From: Spirochaetia bacterium
GTDB lineage: Bacteria; Spirochaetota; Spirochaetia; SZUA-6; Bin103
Length of the DNA: 64,000 bases
Direction of reading: 5' to 3'
Assembly (NCBI GenBank): GCA_965199955.1
Contig: CBDATQ010000001.1
Coordinates: 1,216,001-1,280,000, forward strand
Positions 39,169-48,860 of the stretch are shown piece by piece. The position numbers and the translations under genes were made by a program. Each line of letters begins with the position of its first letter. The stretch's first letter is position 1. The notes below the pieces were generated by a model that saw only the letters and a program-made list of their open reading frames with translations, had not been told where the DNA came from and did not search any database.

Positions 39169-39590
39169 CTACACCCGAACGGCAGCGCCGCTTCGGGCGG
39201 ACTCCTGGGCGGCCAGGGCGAAGCGCAGGACCTCGCGTGCGTCGCGGCCGGACAGGCGCGGCTGCTCGCCGCGGCGGTGCGCCTCAATGCCGTGGCAGGT
39301 CGCGTGCACGAAGCTGGTCTCCCAGCCGATCTGCATCGACCGGTAGTCGGTCGTCACGCCGTCGCGGTAGAGCTGCACCGGGGCCACCACGTCGCCCAAC
39401 TGCCCGTGTCCCCGGTTGATCCAGATCACGCCGCGTGTGCCGGTGATCTCCACCCGGTCGTCTTGGGCGTAGTGGGGGGAGAGGATCTCCAGGTCGGGAG
39501 AGTAGACGACCTCGAGGTTGCCGCAGCGCTGGCCGGGAAAGCGAAATGAGACCATCGCCGGCGCGTCGATCGCGTAGCCGTGCACCCGCG
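39169..39590 (-). pseudogene. Gfo/Idh/MocA oxidoreductase C-terminal fragment
   Basis: DDRVEITGTRGVIW...SGRDAREVLRFALAAQESARSG.AV. The Rossmann domain is missing. Confidence 0.75.
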
Positions 39591-39640
39591 AGGGCGGCTG
39601 CAGCTCGCACCGTCCTGCCGTTCTTGCGTGTTCTGCGAAA

Positions 39641-39660
39641 ATGTAGTTACATGACTACAT
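39641..39660. promoter_or_regulatory. Inverted-repeat operator of the vapBC-like operon
   Basis: ATGTAGT-tacatg-ACTACAT, ending about 20 nt upstream of the antitoxin ATG. Confidence 0.6.
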
Positions 39661-39679
39661 GTGCTTTGAGGGACCTGCT

Positions 39680-39934
39680 ATGATTATCACGACTGTAACG
39701 AGTCGCGAACTCAACCAGGACGTCGGACGCGCGAAGAAGGCCGCGAAGTCGGGCCCCGTCTTCATCACCGACCGTGGCAAGCCCGCACACGTACTGCTCA
39801 GCATCGAGGACTATCGGCGGCTCGCGGGGCAGGGCCGCAGCTTGGTGGAGGCACTGTCGATGCCGGGTCTGACCGGCATCGACTTCGATCCCCCGCGCGC
39901 CCGCCTTGAAGTCCCTCCGCCCGATCTTTCCTGA
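39680..39934 (+). CDS. Phd/YefM family antitoxin
   Basis: TTVTSRELNQDVGRAKKAAKSGPVFITDRGKPAHVLLSIEDYRRL. Confidence 0.92.
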   Translation: MIITTVTSRELNQDVGRAKKAAKSGPVFITDRGKPAHVLLSIEDYRRLAGQGRSLVEALSMPGLTGIDFDPPRARLEVPPPDLS

Positions 39935-40356
39935 TGTTCCTGCTTGATACGAACGTGATCTCCGAGTTGCGCAAGCTCGGCGATGGCAAGGCCGACGCTC
40001 ATGTCGTGGCATGGGTCGCGGGCCGGGACGCCGCGAGCTTCTACATCTCCGCGCTGACCCTGATGGAGTTGGAGATAGGCATCCTGCGCATCGAACGTCG
40101 CGACGCCGCGCAAGGGGTGCGGCTGCGCACGTGGATGGACCGGCACGTGCTGCCCGAGTTCGTGGAGCGCACGCTGCCCGTCGACTCCACCGTCGCCCTG
40201 AAATGCGCGCGGCTGCATGTGCCGGACCCCCGGGCTGAACGGGATGCGCTGATCGCTGCCACGGCCATCGTGCACGGGATGACGGTGGTCACGCGGAACG
40301 TGGCCGACTTCGAGACGACAGGTGCGGCAGTCGTCGATCCGTGGGCCGGAGCATGA
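39934..40356 (+). CDS. vapC: PIN-domain VapC family toxin
   Basis: FLLDTNVISELRK, ELEIG, RDALIAATA..HGMTVVTRNVADF and DPW. TGATG overlap with the antitoxin. Confidence 0.94.
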   Translation: MFLLDTNVISELRKLGDGKADAHVVAWVAGRDAASFYISALTLMELEIGILRIERRDAAQGVRLRTWMDRHVLPEFVERTLPVDSTVALKCARLHVPDPRAERDALIAATAIVHGMTVVTRNVADFETTGAAVVDPWAGA

Positions 40357-40462
40357 AGCTGGCCGGCAGAGCCTGCGCGTGCACTCACCGCATCACGGCG
40401 TCCCGGCTCGCATTGATCAGGAATCGGCGATCCGCCCATAACGTCCGGCAGGATGTAGCACC

Positions 40463-40851
40463 ATGCACCACAGAGAACGGATAGTCTGGAAGCGGGGCAG
40501 AACGGCGCTCAGGGCGCTGGGGACTGGCGCTCGCCTTCCTTCTGATCGCGACGATGAGCTGGGCCGATGGCGAAGTCACCATCACCCACTACTTCGGCGG
40601 CGACCTGGGGCGGGCGGGACTGAAGGAGATTTTCGGAAGCTTCAAGGCGGAGACCGGCATGGGCTCGGCGCTGCACGACGCTCGGCCGTTGGGGCAAGCC
40701 CGAGGACATCGCCCGCGCCGCGGTCTACCTGGCGTCGAGCGACGCCGACGGGGTGACCGGGCAGGTGATGCACGTCGACGGCGGCACCAGCGCCGGCCGG
40801 CTGCTGCCGTCGTTCAAGCACTACGGCGCCAAGCCCAGGATGGAAGACTGA
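40463..40851 (+). pseudogene. Chimera: solute-binding protein 5' fragment plus SDR 3' fragment
   Basis: LALAFLLIATMSWADGEVTITHYFGGDLG..GLKEI..F, then [31 protein letters not shown]...stop at 40851. Confidence 0.65.
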
Positions 40852-40877
40852 GCTGACCCGCGCCGCGGCGTGGGCGG

Positions 40878-41570
40878 CTACAGCCGGCCAGCCGCCCAGC
40901 GGATGCCGCGGTGCAGGGTGGTCCGATAGCTCGGTTGCGAGTACGCCTGGTCGTCGTGGCCGGGGGTCAGGCAGAACACCCTGGCGTTGTCCAGGCGATG
41001 GCACCATGCCATCGCCTTCGTCCTGGTCACGTCGTTGTCGGTGGTCATGAGGACCGTCGCGTCGGCATCGGGCGTCCATGCCATGGTCGGCCACGCCTCG
41101 TTGACCACGTCCCAGGGCTCGATCCCCTGGCCGATCGGATGGTCGGGGTCGGTGACCGTGACCCGCATGGTCTGCCCGAACTCCACCGTGAACTCCGATC
41201 CCTCCCGTTGCTCGTGCGGGATACCGAGCAGCGCCGACCACTTCGGCCACGCCATGTAGGAACGGATGGCGTGGTGCAGCATCACCACGCCCTGCTTGGC
41301 CGTGCCGACCGCCTCGACCGCCGCCGCGGTGCCGTCCCCCCAGGTCGCGTCCATGTCGGCCGCCGTGTCGCCGCCGGCGTTGTAGAACAGCAGCACGTCG
41401 TAGGCGTCGGGCGTCACGCCCCACGCGCGCGAGAAGTTGCTGATGTCCTGCGGATAGGCAACGACGTCCTGGAACGAGTCGAACAGCCGCTTGAACGCGG
41501 GCACGTCGTAGGCGTGTCCGCCGATGATGACGGCGACCGAGATCTTTCCGGGATTCAACGCTTCGGGCAT
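40878..41570 (-). CDS. ThuA-like (class I glutamine amidotransferase-like) protein
   Basis: GGHAYD, YDVLLFYN, GVVMLHHA, DPDHPI, MAW...ARVFCLTPGHD and LHRGIRWAAG. Confidence 0.82.
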   Translation of the reverse strand: MPEALNPGKISVAVIIGGHAYDVPAFKRLFDSFQDVVAYPQDISNFSRAWGVTPDAYDVLLFYNAGGDTAADMDATWGDGTAAAVEAVGTAKQGVVMLHHAIRSYMAWPKWSALLGIPHEQREGSEFTVEFGQTMRVTVTDPDHPIGQGIEPWDVVNEAWPTMAWTPDADATVLMTTDNDVTRTKAMAWCHRLDNARVFCLTPGHDDQAYSQPSYRTTLHRGIRWAAGRL

Positions 41571-41585
41571 GTGGACCTCCGTGCG

Positions 41586-42785
41586 TCAGTGCCGGCCGCC
41601 CGCGTGCAGGCCGTGCTGGTAGTCGGCATGGCGGATGTGGGAGTCGATGAACGCGCGTGCCTGCTGCGGATCGAACCGGTCCGGCGCGAAGGCGCTGATG
41701 TCGATGCCGGTGCGGCCGTCCACGGCCCACTCGGCTGCCAGCAGGCCGGCCACCGGGTTGTAGGCGAAGCCGCCGGAGTGGAAGCAGCCGGCGCAGATCA
41801 GACCGCGCACGCCCGGCACCGGGCCCAGGATCGGTTCGCCGTCCGCGGAGTAGGCCAGGAGTCCGACCTTCTCGATCTCCCACGACAGCGGCGCCACGCC
41901 GGGCACCACGTGCTGCAGGCGGCGCAGCTCCCGCTCCCGGATCTCCGGGTCCACGGAGAAGCTCGACAGATGCGTCTCCCGCTCCGGAGGGGGCACCTCC
42001 TCGCGGTCCGGCGTCTCGATGCCGATCAACACCCGATTGCCGAACGCGGGGCGGTAGTAGCCGTGCCGCGGATGGTCGTTGACCGCCGGCAGGACCACCG
42101 GCTTGGGCACCGGCGTGGAGACGTAGCGCTGGTGCACGAACACCTTCGACGGCATGCGCCAGCCGAACTGCTCCAGCAGCCGGATCGACCAGACGTGCGA
42201 GGCGCAGACGACGACGTCCGCCTCGATGGTCTCGGCCTCGATGCGGACCCCGATCACGCGGTCGCCCTGCATCGGGAACTCCAGCACCGGCGCGAACTCC
42301 CTGATATCCACGCCCAGCTTGCGCAGGTGGGCGCCCATGGCGGCCACGTACTCGTCCGGCTCGCTGTAGCCGGCGATCGGATCGTACAGCGCCCAGGCGT
42401 CGTCCGGGACCGCCATCAGCGGCCAGCGGCGGCGCATCTCGCCCGCGTCCAGGATCTCGTAGGGGGCCTCCAGCCGGTCGTAGAGCGGCAGCATCTCCAC
42501 CCGGCCCGCGCCCTGGTCTTCGGCCAGGTTGAGGGTGCCGACGTCGTGGAAGGTGTAGCCGTCCACCTCGCGGCTGAACCGGTGGAACAGCTCCAGGCTG
42601 ACCTTGCGGGTGCGGACGGCCGTCTCCGTGCCCATCAGCCCGGTGATGATGCCGCCGGCCCGCGAGCTGGAGCCGTCGCCGATCGGCCCCTTTTCCACCA
42701 GGACCACCTGGCCGGCGTTGCGGTCGGCCAGGTGGAAGGCCGTGCTCAGCCCGATCACGCCGCCGCCCACTACCACGATGCGCAT
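41586..42785 (-). CDS. FAD-dependent oxidoreductase (sarcosine oxidase beta/DAO family)
   Basis: VVVGGGVIGLSTAFHLA, GSSSRAGG, DGEPILGP, GFAYNPVAG and FAPDRF. Confidence 0.88.
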   Translation of the reverse strand: MRIVVVGGGVIGLSTAFHLADRNAGQVVLVEKGPIGDGSSSRAGGIITGLMGTETAVRTRKVSLELFHRFSREVDGYTFHDVGTLNLAEDQGAGRVEMLPLYDRLEAPYEILDAGEMRRRWPLMAVPDDAWALYDPIAGYSEPDEYVAAMGAHLRKLGVDIREFAPVLEFPMQGDRVIGVRIEAETIEADVVVCASHVWSIRLLEQFGWRMPSKVFVHQRYVSTPVPKPVVLPAVNDHPRHGYYRPAFGNRVLIGIETPDREEVPPPERETHLSSFSVDPEIRERELRRLQHVVPGVAPLSWEIEKVGLLAYSADGEPILGPVPGVRGLICAGCFHSGGFAYNPVAGLLAAEWAVDGRTGIDISAFAPDRFDPQQARAFIDSHIRHADYQHGLHAGGRH

Positions 42786-42868
42786 GACGCCGCAGTGTCG
42801 AGGCATGCCTCCAGTGGGTCAACCCCGCCTTGCCGCGGTATGGACCGGCCGGTAGTCTCGCGCTTCTA

Positions 42869-43579
42869 ATGGACAAAGCACTCATCGAAAGCCTCGGGGA
42901 TTCGGAGACCGCCCTGGTATGCAATGCCCTCTCTGCGCTTGGTCACTCGGAGCCGCACACGTACGCGATGGACGGGCGCATCCAGTGCATGACGCCGGAC
43001 TTGCCGCCGCTGGTGGGGGAGGCGATCACGATCAAGATCGACACCTGCACCCCGGAAGGAGGGCCGCAGACGGAGCCGTACTTCGCGATGATGGAGGCGA
43101 TCGAGGGGAGCGAGCTGCCGCGCGTGATCGTGGTGGAGACGGTCGGCCCCGATCCGTACCGGGAGTGCGTGATGGGTGACGGCATGGCCAAGGGCTTCAT
43201 GGCCGCGGGCGCCATCGGCATGGTGACCTCGGGCGGCGTCCGCGACCTGCCCGGCATCATCGATCAGGGATTCGGCATGTTCGCGATCGCCCGCGTGATC
43301 CAGCACGCGGCGCTTCGCTGGTCGGACTACGGCGAGCCGGTGCAGGTCGGCGGCATCACGGTGCGGACCGGCGATCTCGTCCACGGCGATGAGGGCGGCT
43401 GCATCGTCATCCCGGGGCCCAACCACGCCGCCATCGTCGAGGCGTGCCGGCTGGTCAACGACTTCGAGAAGCAGGCGCACGTGATGATCCGCCGCACCGA
43501 CCTGGACGGCACGCAGAAGCGCGCCGGCATGGACGAGCTCAGCGGCCGGTTCGAGCGCGCGTTCGGTGCCCTGCGGTAG
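42869..43579 (+). CDS. RraA/HMG aldolase family protein
   Basis: PLVGEAIT, MGDGM, GGVRDL and VGGITVRTGDLVHGDEGG. Confidence 0.85.
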   Translation: MDKALIESLGDSETALVCNALSALGHSEPHTYAMDGRIQCMTPDLPPLVGEAITIKIDTCTPEGGPQTEPYFAMMEAIEGSELPRVIVVETVGPDPYRECVMGDGMAKGFMAAGAIGMVTSGGVRDLPGIIDQGFGMFAIARVIQHAALRWSDYGEPVQVGGITVRTGDLVHGDEGGCIVIPGPNHAAIVEACRLVNDFEKQAHVMIRRTDLDGTQKRAGMDELSGRFERAFGALR

Positions 43580-43714
43580 CGCGGCATGGGTGACGCCAAG
43601 CGCACCTTGCGGTAGGCTCAGTCGATGGCGCCGCCACCGCCGCGGCGCTCTCCGAAGACCTTCACGTACCGCGGCCCGACGCAGGCGCCGCCGGTGCCGA
43701 CAAGAGAGATGACA

Positions 43715-46249
43715 ATGGGTACTGACGGAACATCAGTTCTGGTTCGCACGGCCGCGCCCGCGGGCGAGGCGTCGGAACACAGCGTGAAACTCCCTGCCTA
43801 CGACCGGCAGCGGCTGGAGGACGTCGGCTTCCTGACCGCCATGACGCTGACCCTGCTCGGCAACTACGCGCAGACCGGCCACTTCGGCGGCCCGCTGGCC
43901 TACACGCCGTACAACATCGCCCTGCACCTGGTGGGGCCCGAGAACGGCGGCCTGCGCTATGACTACCGCCGGCCCAAGCACCCGTTCGGGGACAAGCTGC
44001 TGTTGGCCGGCGGGCACAACATCCCGACCCTGTACGCTCTGTGGATGGTCATGGGCGAGGCGATGGCCCGCCGCTATAGCGCGACCGGTCATCACCGCTA
44101 CGCGGTCGATCCCGAGATCGCCATGCTGCCGATCGATTGCCTGGGCTTCCGTCGCGGCGCCGGCGCGCTGGCAACGCTGCTCGAGGACAACGGCCTGGCC
44201 GACGATCCGCTTTTCGCACAGGCGAAGCTGCGCGGCATCCGGTCGCTGGCCGGCCACTCGGAGACCACCGACCTGATCAACGACGTCAACGGCGGCCCGT
44301 CCGGCATCGGCATCGCCACCGCCCCCGGGAAAGCCGCCTTCTGGGACTTCATGGGCGCCGGCGACTCGCCCAAGATCGTCGCCCTGGAAGGCGAGTTCGC
44401 CATGACCTCCGGCCACTCGCAGGAGATGAAGACGCAGGCTGTGGCCCAGAAGGTGGGCAAGCGGCTGCGCATCCTGCTGTCGTACAACAACGCCGGCATC
44501 GACGACTCGCTCGTCGGCGGCGTCGTGTCGGAGTCGTTCGACGGGTACCGGATCGCCGAACAGTGGTCGGCCTACGGCTGGAATGTCCTGACGCTGGACG
44601 ACGGCAACGACTACGACCAGGTCGTCGGGGCGCTCAAGACCATGGAGGAATGGGACCCGGAAGACCGGCGGCCGATGATCGTGGTCGGCCGCACCACCAA
44701 GGGTTGGTGGCCGGCCGCCACCAACGGCACCATCGCCGGATTCGGCGAGCAGTTGGTCGGTTATCACAGCCACCCGTACGAGATGAAGATGAACGTCCCG
44801 TACTTCGTTGCCCTGGCCGGCACCTTCGAGCAGCGCTTCGGCGTCACCTTCGAGGGAATCCACGACGGCCCGGTCGACGACGAGGCGGACCGCATCCGCC
44901 AGTTCAAGACCAACATCGACGTGGTCATGTCGGTGCTGGAGCAGGACGGGCTCGGCGAGTGGCTTGCCGACCGGCTGGTGGCCATCGGCGACGACGTGGG
45001 CGACGACGCCGCGTTGCGGGTCGACAATCGCACGGATCCGTTCCAGGACGAGCGCCTGCGCGTCTCGGCCATCCCGGTGGAGCCTCAGACGGTGAGCGCC
45101 GGCACCGGCGAGGAGAGCATCGAGCTGTTCAAGCAGCCGGGCGAGGTGCAGGGCACGCGCCGCGCGATCTCGGAGGTGGTGAAGTGGCTGAACCACGTCA
45201 CCGGCAACCGGTTTCTGACCGTGTCGGCCGACCTGTCGGGCTCGATCAACGTGGAGAAGGGGTCGCTCACCGGCCATTACGATCCGCTCGCCAACCAGGG
45301 AGGCACGCGGCTCAAGGCGGCCATCCAGGAGGCCGGCAACGCCTCCGCCGCCATCGGGCTGGTGGGCCAGAGCGCCTCGCTCGACCCGAACGTGCACTCC
45401 GGCGTGTGGGCGCTGAGCGGCAGTTACGGCGCGTTCACGCCGTTCATGTACCTGCCCGCGCGCGTGTGGAGCCAGCAGAACCAGGATAGCCCGTTCCGGG
45501 TCGGCGTCCTGCACATCCTGGCCGGGCACTCCGGCCCGGAGACGGCGGCGGACGCGCGCACGCACTTCGGCATCTTTGCGCCGCAGGTGTGGAAGCTGTT
45601 CCCGCGCGGCCAGGTCATCACGCTCAGCTTCTGGGACTACAACGACGTGGCGCCCGGCTACTTCGCCGCCGCCGAGATCGCCGCCCGCGACCCGCTGGTC
45701 GGCGTGATCGTGATCGAGGTGGCGCGCCCGGATTTCCCGGTGGCCGACCGCGCGACGTTTGCCGACACCGACCTCAAGGCGGCCGCCAAGGGGTTCTACG
45801 TGATCCGCGACTTCGATCCCGGCAAGCCCCGGCACGGCTACGTGCTGGCGCAGGGGTCGAGTTCGACCTTCAACCTGCTGCAGGCGCTGCCGCGCCTGGA
45901 AGAGCAGGGGATCAACGTCAAGGTGGTCGCGGCCATCAGCGAGGAGCTCTTCGACCGCCAGCCGCAGGCGTACCGCGACGCGGTGCTGCCGGCCGCTGCC
46001 AAGAACGACCTGATGGTGGTCACCACCGGCACGCAGCGCATGTGGCCGGTGCGCGACGTGGGGACGCTCACGTCGGAGTACTCCCTGGTCTCCGACTGGC
46101 ACGACCGCTGGCTGACCGGCGGCAAGGAGTCCGACGTGATCGCCGAGGCGCACCTGGACGAGCAGTCGATCGCGGCCGGCATCACCCGGTTCGCGGCCGA
46201 CCGCGACCAGCGGCTCGCCCGCCAACGGGAGGCGCTGGCAGCGCTGTAG
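43715..46249 (+). CDS. Divergent transketolase-like ThDP enzyme
   Basis: TGHFGG, AGGHN, LAGHSE, GPSGIG, GEF..YNN, TTKG, SADLSGS, IQE, HSG...D.RTH and AAKGFYV. Confidence 0.85.
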   Translation: MGTDGTSVLVRTAAPAGEASEHSVKLPAYDRQRLEDVGFLTAMTLTLLGNYAQTGHFGGPLAYTPYNIALHLVGPENGGLRYDYRRPKHPFGDKLLLAGGHNIPTLYALWMVMGEAMARRYSATGHHRYAVDPEIAMLPIDCLGFRRGAGALATLLEDNGLADDPLFAQAKLRGIRSLAGHSETTDLINDVNGGPSGIGIATAPGKAAFWDFMGAGDSPKIVALEGEFAMTSGHSQEMKTQAVAQKVGKRLRILLSYNNAGIDDSLVGGVVSESFDGYRIAEQWSAYGWNVLTLDDGNDYDQVVGALKTMEEWDPEDRRPMIVVGRTTKGWWPAATNGTIAGFGEQLVGYHSHPYEMKMNVPYFVALAGTFEQRFGVTFEGIHDGPVDDEADRIRQFKTNIDVVMSVLEQDGLGEWLADRLVAIGDDVGDDAALRVDNRTDPFQDERLRVSAIPVEPQTVSAGTGEESIELFKQPGEVQGTRRAISEVVKWLNHVTGNRFLTVSADLSGSINVEKGSLTGHYDPLANQGGTRLKAAIQEAGNASAAIGLVGQSASLDPNVHSGVWALSGSYGAFTPFMYLPARVWSQQNQDSPFRVGVLHILAGHSGPETAADARTHFGIFAPQVWKLFPRGQVITLSFWDYNDVAPGYFAAAEIAARDPLVGVIVIEVARPDFPVADRATFADTDLKAAAKGFYVIRDFDPGKPRHGYVLAQGSSSTFNLLQALPRLEEQGINVKVVAAISEELFDRQPQAYRDAVLPAAAKNDLMVVTTGTQRMWPVRDVGTLTSEYSLVSDWHDRWLTGGKESDVIAEAHLDEQSIAAGITRFAADRDQRLARQREALAAL

Positions 46250-46271
46250 GGCGCGCGAGCGTTCGCCCTAC
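46246..46271. repeat. GTAG-type palindrome joining two convergent stop codons
   Basis: GTAGGGCG-N10-CGCCCTAC. Each arm contains the TAG stop of one flanking gene. Confidence 0.6.
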
Positions 46272-47461
46272 GCAGCCTCTGCGGCCATTGCGGCGATCAG
46301 GCGGTCGACCTGCGCGGGGGAGACGAAGTAGTGGGTGGAGATGCGCAGCGCGTCGTGCCCGTCCCGGACGTGGTCGTCGACCCGCAGGTTGTAGCCCTGC
46401 TGCAGTCGGGCGCGCCATCCGGCGGCGTCGCCGCCGGGCGGCACGACCAGCGTCGTCCCCGGAGCCACGAACTCCCGCTTGGGTGAGTTGACGATATCCA
46501 TGCCGGGAATCTCGGCGAGCCCGGCGCGGAGCCGCTCGGCCAGCAGGTGGTTGCGCGCCTCGACCGCCCCCATGCCGATCTGGCGCAGCCACGCGACCGC
46601 CACGCCGATGCCGGCGCGCGTCGGCAGGTCGAACGTGCCTTCCTCCTCGTACCTCGAGGCGGTGGGGCCGGGCGGCGTGGTGATCGTGCCGAAGCGCTCC
46701 TGGAACTCCTGCCGAACGTAGAGCACGCCGGTCCCCGACGGCGCCAGCAGCCACTTGTGCAGGCTGGCGGCATACAGGTCGCAGTCGTACGCGGTCACGT
46801 CGACCGGGACTCGGCCGATCGCCTGGGCGCCGTCGACGGCGATGATCAGGCCGTGCTCGCGCCCCAGGCGGCACATCGCCTCGATCGGGTAGCGGATACC
46901 GCCGCGGGTGACGTGGCAGAAGGCCAGAACGCGGGTGCGGCCGGTGATCGCGGCGCGCAGCGGCTCGATCAACTGCGCCGCGTCCTCGACGGGACTCGGC
47001 AGTTCCACCTCCCGGACCACCAGCCCGTCGCGGGCGGCTCGGGCGCGCCAGGGCTCCACGCCGACCGGGTGCTCGTGGCTGGTGGTGAGGATCTCGTCCC
47101 CGGCGCGCAGGCCGGTGGCGCCGTCGGCGACCAGCGCCAGCCCCACCGAGGCGTTGCGGTTGATGGCGAGCTCCTCGGGCCGCGCGCCCATCAACGCCGC
47201 CAGCTCCGGGATGGCGACCTCGTCGTTGTAGCGCCGGTAGTCGATCTTGCCGGCGTCGGGGTCCTGCGAGAGGCGCAGGTAGCCTTCGTGCACGGCGGCG
47301 ATCACGGGGTCGGGCGGCACGCCGAGCGCGGCGCTGTTCAGGTAGACCATGTCCGGATCCAACGGAAAGCGGGCACGGACCCGCTCCCAGTAGGACTCGT
47401 CGCCAGCGGCTCCCGATCCCCAGGAGACGTTCGTCGCGCGCTCGATCGCTGTATGGCTCAT
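46268..47461 (-). CDS. Class V PLP aminotransferase (isopenicillin N epimerase/cysteine desulfurase-like)
   Basis: VYLNSAALG, EILTTSHEHP, VDGAQAIG, ASLHKWLLAPSGTG and LRISTH. Confidence 0.88.
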   Translation of the reverse strand: MSHTAIERATNVSWGSGAAGDESYWERVRARFPLDPDMVYLNSAALGVPPDPVIAAVHEGYLRLSQDPDAGKIDYRRYNDEVAIPELAALMGARPEELAINRNASVGLALVADGATGLRAGDEILTTSHEHPVGVEPWRARAARDGLVVREVELPSPVEDAAQLIEPLRAAITGRTRVLAFCHVTRGGIRYPIEAMCRLGREHGLIIAVDGAQAIGRVPVDVTAYDCDLYAASLHKWLLAPSGTGVLYVRQEFQERFGTITTPPGPTASRYEEEGTFDLPTRAGIGVAVAWLRQIGMGAVEARNHLLAERLRAGLAEIPGMDIVNSPKREFVAPGTTLVVPPGGDAAGWRARLQQGYNLRVDDHVRDGHDALRISTHYFVSPAQVDRLIAAMAAEAA

Positions 47462-47635
47462 CGGCGGGGACTATGGGACCCCCGGGTGTAGTGCGCAAGC
47501 CTTGCTACCCGAGGGACCCGTATTCGAGTTTGGGATGGGGCGGAGCCGAGTCCGCAGGACTCGGTTCTGCCAGCGCCATGAGTGCCCATGCCAGGCTTGA
47601 CAACCGCTCGAGATCGCGCGACATACCCCGAATCG

Positions 47636-48835
47636 ATGACGGTGCTGGGACGCCCCCTGGAGTTGCCTTGTGGCGTGGTGTTGAAGAACCGTCTGGTAAA
47701 GTCCGCGATGTCCGACTCGCTTGGAGATGGCGAGGGTAACCCCACTGACGCGCAGATGCGGCTCTACGAACGGTGGGCCGAAGGTGGGACGGCGCTATCG
47801 CTGATCGGCGAGGTGCAGGCGGATCCCCGTTATCCCGAGAAACCCGGCAATCTTGTTCTTGCGCCGGATGCCGATGTGCAGGCCATGCAAGTCCTGGCAC
47901 GACGAGGGTCGGCAAACGGTGCCGAAATCTGGCCGCAGATCGGCCATGCCGGGGCTCTGTCACATGTCCCGATCAGTCGGCCCAAGGGGCCCTCTCCACT
48001 GGATATTGAAGGACTCCGGTGCGAAGGGATGTCAGGCGATAACATTCGTGAATTGCCCGGCATATACGCAAGAGCTGCGATACTCGCGAAGAATGCAGGA
48101 TTCGGGGGCGTCCAGATCCATGCGGCGCACGGGTTTCTGTTGAGCCAATTCCTGTCACCTCTGTTCAATCGCAGGACGGATGCCTATGGCGGATCGATCG
48201 AAGGACGGTTCCGCATCATCGACGGCGTGATAGATGCCGTCAGGCGGACCGTCGGCGTGTCGTTTCCGGTCGGCATCAAGATCAACTCGACGGACAGATT
48301 GGTGGGAGGCCTTACGGAAGACGATGCCCTGCAAGTGGTTCACATGCTCGACCGGACTTCTGTCGACCTTATTGACGTCAGCGGAGGAACGTACTTTCCA
48401 GGCGCAGCATCGAGTTCCGACGGCAGGCCATCGGCGGGGCCCTATTTCACTGACTTTGCAGAGCGCGCGAAAGAGGCGACGGCCATTCCAATCATGGCGA
48501 CAGGAGGATTCGAGACAAGGGATCAGGCGAGAGACGCGGTCGAGAAGGGATGCGTCGACGCGGTGAGCCTTGCCCGCGCGATGGCGCTCAATCCAGCGCT
48601 CGCCAATACGTGGTTGAGCGACGACGGGGGAGATCCTGAATTCCCGGTGTTTGATCCGCCTCCCCAAGGTGGAGTTACCGCGTGGTACACGATGCGGCTC
48701 ACGGCGCTTGGAGAAGACGATGAGGGACACTTCGGTCTGAGCCCTGCCTCGGCCTTGGAAGCCTATGAAGCGCGAGATGCACAACGCTGCGAGATCTGGC
48801 GACGGCGGTTCCCGCAATCGCTGAACATCGGCTGA
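47636..48835 (+). CDS. NADH:flavin oxidoreductase (OYE family)
   Basis: LKNRLVKSAMS, QIGHAG, GVQIHAAHGFLLSQFLSPLFNRRTDAYGGS and SGGTY. GC is lower than the flanks. Confidence 0.9.
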   Translation: MTVLGRPLELPCGVVLKNRLVKSAMSDSLGDGEGNPTDAQMRLYERWAEGGTALSLIGEVQADPRYPEKPGNLVLAPDADVQAMQVLARRGSANGAEIWPQIGHAGALSHVPISRPKGPSPLDIEGLRCEGMSGDNIRELPGIYARAAILAKNAGFGGVQIHAAHGFLLSQFLSPLFNRRTDAYGGSIEGRFRIIDGVIDAVRRTVGVSFPVGIKINSTDRLVGGLTEDDALQVVHMLDRTSVDLIDVSGGTYFPGAASSSDGRPSAGPYFTDFAERAKEATAIPIMATGGFETRDQARDAVEKGCVDAVSLARAMALNPALANTWLSDDGGDPEFPVFDPPPQGGVTAWYTMRLTALGEDDEGHFGLSPASALEAYEARDAQRCEIWRRRFPQSLNIG

Positions 48836-48860
48836 CATACCTTGGCTACCGTGCAGGATC

